A stretch of 64,000 nt of DNA, from positions 11,161 to 75,160 of the forward strand of contig NIVC01003248.1 in assembly GCA_002269645.1 (NCBI GenBank). The letters are read 5' to 3'. The DNA comes from Macrostomum lignano (lineage: Eukaryota). Of the stretch, positions 59,701 through 64,000 are shown in pieces (position 1 is the stretch's first letter; every line of letters starts with the position of its first letter). The notes under the pieces are model-generated. The model saw nothing but the letters and a program-made list of their open reading frames with translations, was not told where the DNA came from and did no database searches. The translations under genes were made by a program, and so were the position numbers.

Positions 59701-62299
59701 GTTGAATTAGCAGATGCCTATAGCTGGGTACGTGTCTGGCTAGAAAACTACACATTGACATCAACCAATTTGTCCATTGATGCAGTGCTCTTTAGATGCC
59801 TAGTCTCATCCAGTAGCATAGTGGTGAGTTCTGCACTGGTTGCTAGAATTCGGGCCTTTAAATCCAATGGATGAAGTCCCTGCCTGAGGAAGAATAGAGT
59901 GGCAGAGCTAGAGGTCATAGGAAGACAACTTGACAAGGAAAGTAAAAAGAACTAGTAAAGGCTTTCTGTAGCAAAACTAGTCTGACAGTCTAGTGCCTAA
60001 TTTAGCAAATAGAAAATAGTAATTATTGTGATCAGTCTGAATATCTTGTTCTAGCTCAACTGCCCAAGGACTGCAACTGCAAGTGCAGTGTAGATCATAG
60101 ATACCAAGGCCTACCAAGGCACAATTTCCTATTGAGCTTAAAATACTAATATAGCTCACTGCTGCAGTGCTAAGTTGAGCCAGCCCAAAATTTTAAGCGC
60201 GTCATGCATGACAGCCAGAGTTATAATAAAGCCAGGGCTACACACGACACAAAAGTGGCCTTTGGCCACTGCCTGGCTATTAGAATCAACAGTAGTGTAA
60301 GTAGCGTAGGTCTCCAGCAGAGTGATAATAACTTGGAAAGATAGAAAAATGCACTCTAAGTCTGCCTTCTGCCACACCAGCCATCGGGTGTCAATAAACT
60401 TTTCAGGATAGACATAGTCCTGGGTGGTCAGGATAAGATATATTATTTTGATTAGCATAATAATTGACTCTTTGAAGTAGTAGTTAGCAGAAAATTTGCC
60501 TTCTATATAAAAAGGAACAACCTTCTTTAGCAAGTATCTGTGTCAGTCAGTCATTCTGCATGTTACTTATCTCATTCAGTACTTTAGCTAGGTCGCCAAG
60601 CTGCTTTAGATTTTTTGGCATCCTTAGGTATGCAATGAGGCTACAATTACAAAGCTAGTTATCAACTTGCCCAACAATGGGGCAGTAATCATAGGCACTG
60701 CAAACACACAAATTATTCTGATAATGAATGTTTTTTAATATAAAAATTCTAGTAATCTATAAATGAAATAAGGATTTCTTAGCTTTTGTTGACTTGGAAT
60801 ATAAGTCAAAATTCCCGAAAGAAGTTTATTTTCTTAGTTATAGATAGATGTCCAAATTAAAAAATATATATACAAAAAGCATTTAAAAGTATGTACTTGA
60901 CATTAATAACTTGACAATTTAGATTAAAATTACAAAAAAGCATTCAGAACCTATTTCACAACTACAATGCTTACTTTGCTTTAAAAGATTTTTTCTTTCT
61001 AATGACACTAAGGCAAGGGCATAATTATCTATAATAAGAAAGATATAATCTAAACTAGGCAAAAAACTGATTTGCTATTTAAAGAATCATTCAAATTCTA
61101 AAATATATTTTCCATTAGACAAATGTCCATTTTTGTCAATAAAAATATTTTAACATTTCTATTGCTCAAACAATTTTCATAAATAAAGACAATTTGGAAT
61201 AGGCTAGTAATAGGTATTATTACTAATATTAATTCAAATATTATAAGACTCCAAAACATTCTGCCAACAAGACTCCCTTTATTGAACTACATAAAAACCC
61301 ATCATATTTCACTCACAGAGTCCTTTCATTGTTTGTATATGGCTTTTTTAGAAGACCGCAACATTCTTTAGAAATGGGGTTTAGAGCTATAGTCCATAGT
61401 TTCTATGAATGACTTGTAATACATGTAATTGAGAATATGCAGTGTGGCAAAACATAAATATGTAACATCTGCAAATATAATGAATCTAAACTTATCAAAA
61501 TTTCTTCCCTTTATACTCTTCAGCAGTTTCGAAAAAAATTACTTTGTTATAAATTTTTGCATATCTGTATAGGCTCTAATGTATCTAATGATGTAGTGAA
61601 ACCTATTGTAAGAGTGTGCATTACATTATCTCAGTTTATGAGTAGCAATGTTTTTATTATTTTTTATGATGCTCAGCTTCAGTTATAACTTAATGAGGTG
61701 CTCTTTTTAACTTCTGTATCCCATATTTAGGTCTTATTTAGACTGACAAAAATTCCCTTTTGCCAAAGATTTTTGCAAGATGTACCCTTTTGACTTCAAG
61801 TCTTAAATCAGTGATTACATTGGGGGTGATGTAGTGGCAACCCCATTTAAATAACCTTATCTAACATAACCATGTTAGATATACTGATATCTTTAGTTGA
61901 AGTTCTCAAACTATACACTGCAAATTCTACTTCAAGTAATTGCTAAGGCGGTTAGACTGGCACTTAAAGCTAGTTTTTTTTAATAGAAAGAAATTCACAC
62001 GTTATAAACTTTGATAAATACCATACTTAATCTTTTAAATCTATAAGTTCCATAACTTCAACTGTATTTCTACTATAATTTTATTCAAACATTTCATTTT
62101 TCAGTCGTTTGAAGTGGCTTCAACGCCCTAGCACCTGACATTGAATATGTCGTTAAGTGAGTTCTAGTTTTCCTTCTTCCCATAATGTACTGTGAGCTCT
62201 GCTGCTTGCTAAGATTTTGTATTGCTGTTTTAGAAATTGTCTGAGGTCATTTAACAGTTCTTTGTGCGCATCCAAGTGTTGTGCTTCACTTAGAATCGC

Positions 62300-63648
62300 C
62301 TTCAATCTGACCCTGAGAATCGATCTCAACTTGACCCTGAAAATCGGTCTCAACCTGCCCCGAGAATCTCCCTTAACCTGACCCTGAGAATCGGTCTCAA
62401 CCTGACCCCGAGAATCGATCTCAACTTGACCCTGAAAATCGGTCTCAACCTGCCCGAGAATCTCCCTTAACCTGACCCTGAGAATCGGTCTCAACCTGAC
62501 CCCGAGAATCGATCTCAACTTGACCCTGAAAATCGGTCTCAACCTGCCCCGAGAATCGATCTCAACCTGACCCTGAAAATCGGTCTCAATCTGACCGAGA
62601 ATTGGTCTCAACCTGACCCAGAGAATCTCCCTCAACCTGACCCGGAGAATCTCCCTCAACCTGACCCGAGAATCGGTCTCAACCTGACCCCGAGAATCTC
62701 CCTCAACCTGACCCCGAGAATCGGTCTCAACCTGACCCGAGAATCTCCCTCAACCTGACCCCGAGAATCTCCCTCAACCTGACCCGAGAATCTCTCAACC
62801 TGACCCTGAGAATCGGTCTCAACCTGACCCCGAGAATCTCCCTCAACCTGACCCGAGAATCTCCCTCAACCTGACCCCAGAATCTCTCTCAACCTGACCC
62901 AGAGAATCTCCCTCAACCTGACCCTGAGAATCTCCCTCAACCTGACCACGAGAATCTCCCTCAACCTGACCCTGAGAATCTCCCTCAACCTGACCCGGAG
63001 AATCTCCCTCAACCTGACCCCGAGAATCCTCAACCTGACCCGAGAATCTCCCTCAACCTGACCCGAGAATCTCCCTCAACCTGACCCTGAGAATCTCCCT
63101 CAACCTGACCCCGAGAATCGGTCTCAACCTGACCCCGAGAATCTCCCTCAACCTGACCCCGAGAATTGGTCTCAACCTGACCCAGAGAATCTCCCTCAAC
63201 CTGACCCGGAGAATCTCTCTCAACCTGACCCGGAGAATCTCCCTTAACCTGACCCTGAGAATCTCCCTCAACCTGACCCCGAGAATCTCCCTCAACCTGA
63301 CCCTGAGAATCTCCCTCAACCTGACCCGGAGAATCTCCCTCAACCTGACCCAGAGAATCTCCCTCAACCTGACCCCGAGAATCTCCCTCAACCTGACCCT
63401 GAGAATCGGTCTCAACCTGACCCCGAGAATCTCCCTCAACCTGACCCCGAGAATCGGTCTCAACCTGACCCCGAGAATCTCCCTCAACCTGACCCCGAGA
63501 ATCGGTCTCAACCTGACCCCGAGAATCTCCCTCAACCTGACCCCGAGAATCTCCCTCAACCTGACCCTGAGAATCGGTCTCAACCTGACCCCGAGAATCT
63601 CCCTCAACCTGACCCCGAGAATCTCCCTCAACCTGACCCCGAGAATCT
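62300..63648. repeat. 24-bp minisatellite (CTCAACCTGACCCCGAGAATCTCC / ...AATCGGT), ~56 copies with 23-bp variants
   Basis: Direct tandem repeat; possibly coding on the + strand (QPDPENLP/RS). Confidence 0.95.
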
Positions 63649-64000
63649 CCGCCAACCCTCTCCACCAGGAAACGGAGCCGACAACGGCAACAGCGGCGGC
63701 AACGGCGGCTCCGGCGGCGGCTTCGGCAGCAGCAGCGTGTGGGCGCCCAACCAGCGTCTCTGGCAGCGGCTGGAGCTCCGAAGTGACCGCACTCAGCGGC
63801 CGGCTCTTCCACCGGAGCCGATGCGACGGGCCTGAAGGCGGGCGATGAGCCCGGCAAGGACGCCTGGCCGCAGCTGGACGGCGCCGCGGTCATCACCACG
63901 GCATCGATCGTCGACTCCGTCAATTCAACAGCTGACTCTTCTCAACAGCAGCCGAGGTCCGCTGCGGTGGAAGCGCCTGGGCGGGGAGTCGGCGACTCAG

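Noticed and set aside
63030-63923. Minus-strand GQVEGDSR repeat ORF (297 aa)
   Set aside because: It has a non-ATG start and an off-frame-looking Cys/Arg stretch, and depends on the 24-bp repeat; the coding strand is unresolved.

Overview
This is eukaryotic (metazoan) genomic DNA. It has GT-AG spliced, GC-rich genes, about 15 minisatellite or microsatellite arrays covering roughly 10 kb, and many transposon remnants. A TTAGGG-type repeat, the gene families and the minisatellite load fit a free-living flatworm such as Macrostomum, but that is inference only. Genes reconstructed by hand: (1) a ~6.2-kb tandem duplication carrying a CYP2-clan P450 (two intact copies, - strand) head-to-head with a DEG/ENaC channel (first copy truncated at a junction with templated insertions, second copy intact, 6 exons); (2) a Robo-like receptor with 4 Ig + 3 FN3 domains; (3) a two-exon rhodopsin-type peptide GPCR with EWL at the DRY position; (4) an intronless CK1-like predicted pseudokinase; (5) a coiled-coil/CAP-Gly protein with ~44 TPSK/N-containing 14-aa repeats; (6) an intronless GT32 glycosyltransferase. 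Mobile DNA: two RTE-type LINE fragments, a Penelope-like GIY-YIG fragment ending in a minimal hammerhead ribozyme, two Crypton-like tyrosine-recombinase C-terminal fragments beside a 1.76-kb element with ~385-bp inverted arms, a Harbinger-like element, Tc1, MULE and hAT remnants, and MITEs. I found no rRNA, tRNA or CRISPR array. No new biological system can be demonstrated from sequence alone. The best leads are the junction-generated mini-ENaC, the hammerhead, the recombinase/inverted-repeat cluster, the stop-codon-seeded minisatellites, the phospho-repeat CAP-Gly protein and the possible HGT GT32. Coordinates were counted by hand and repeat edges are approximate.
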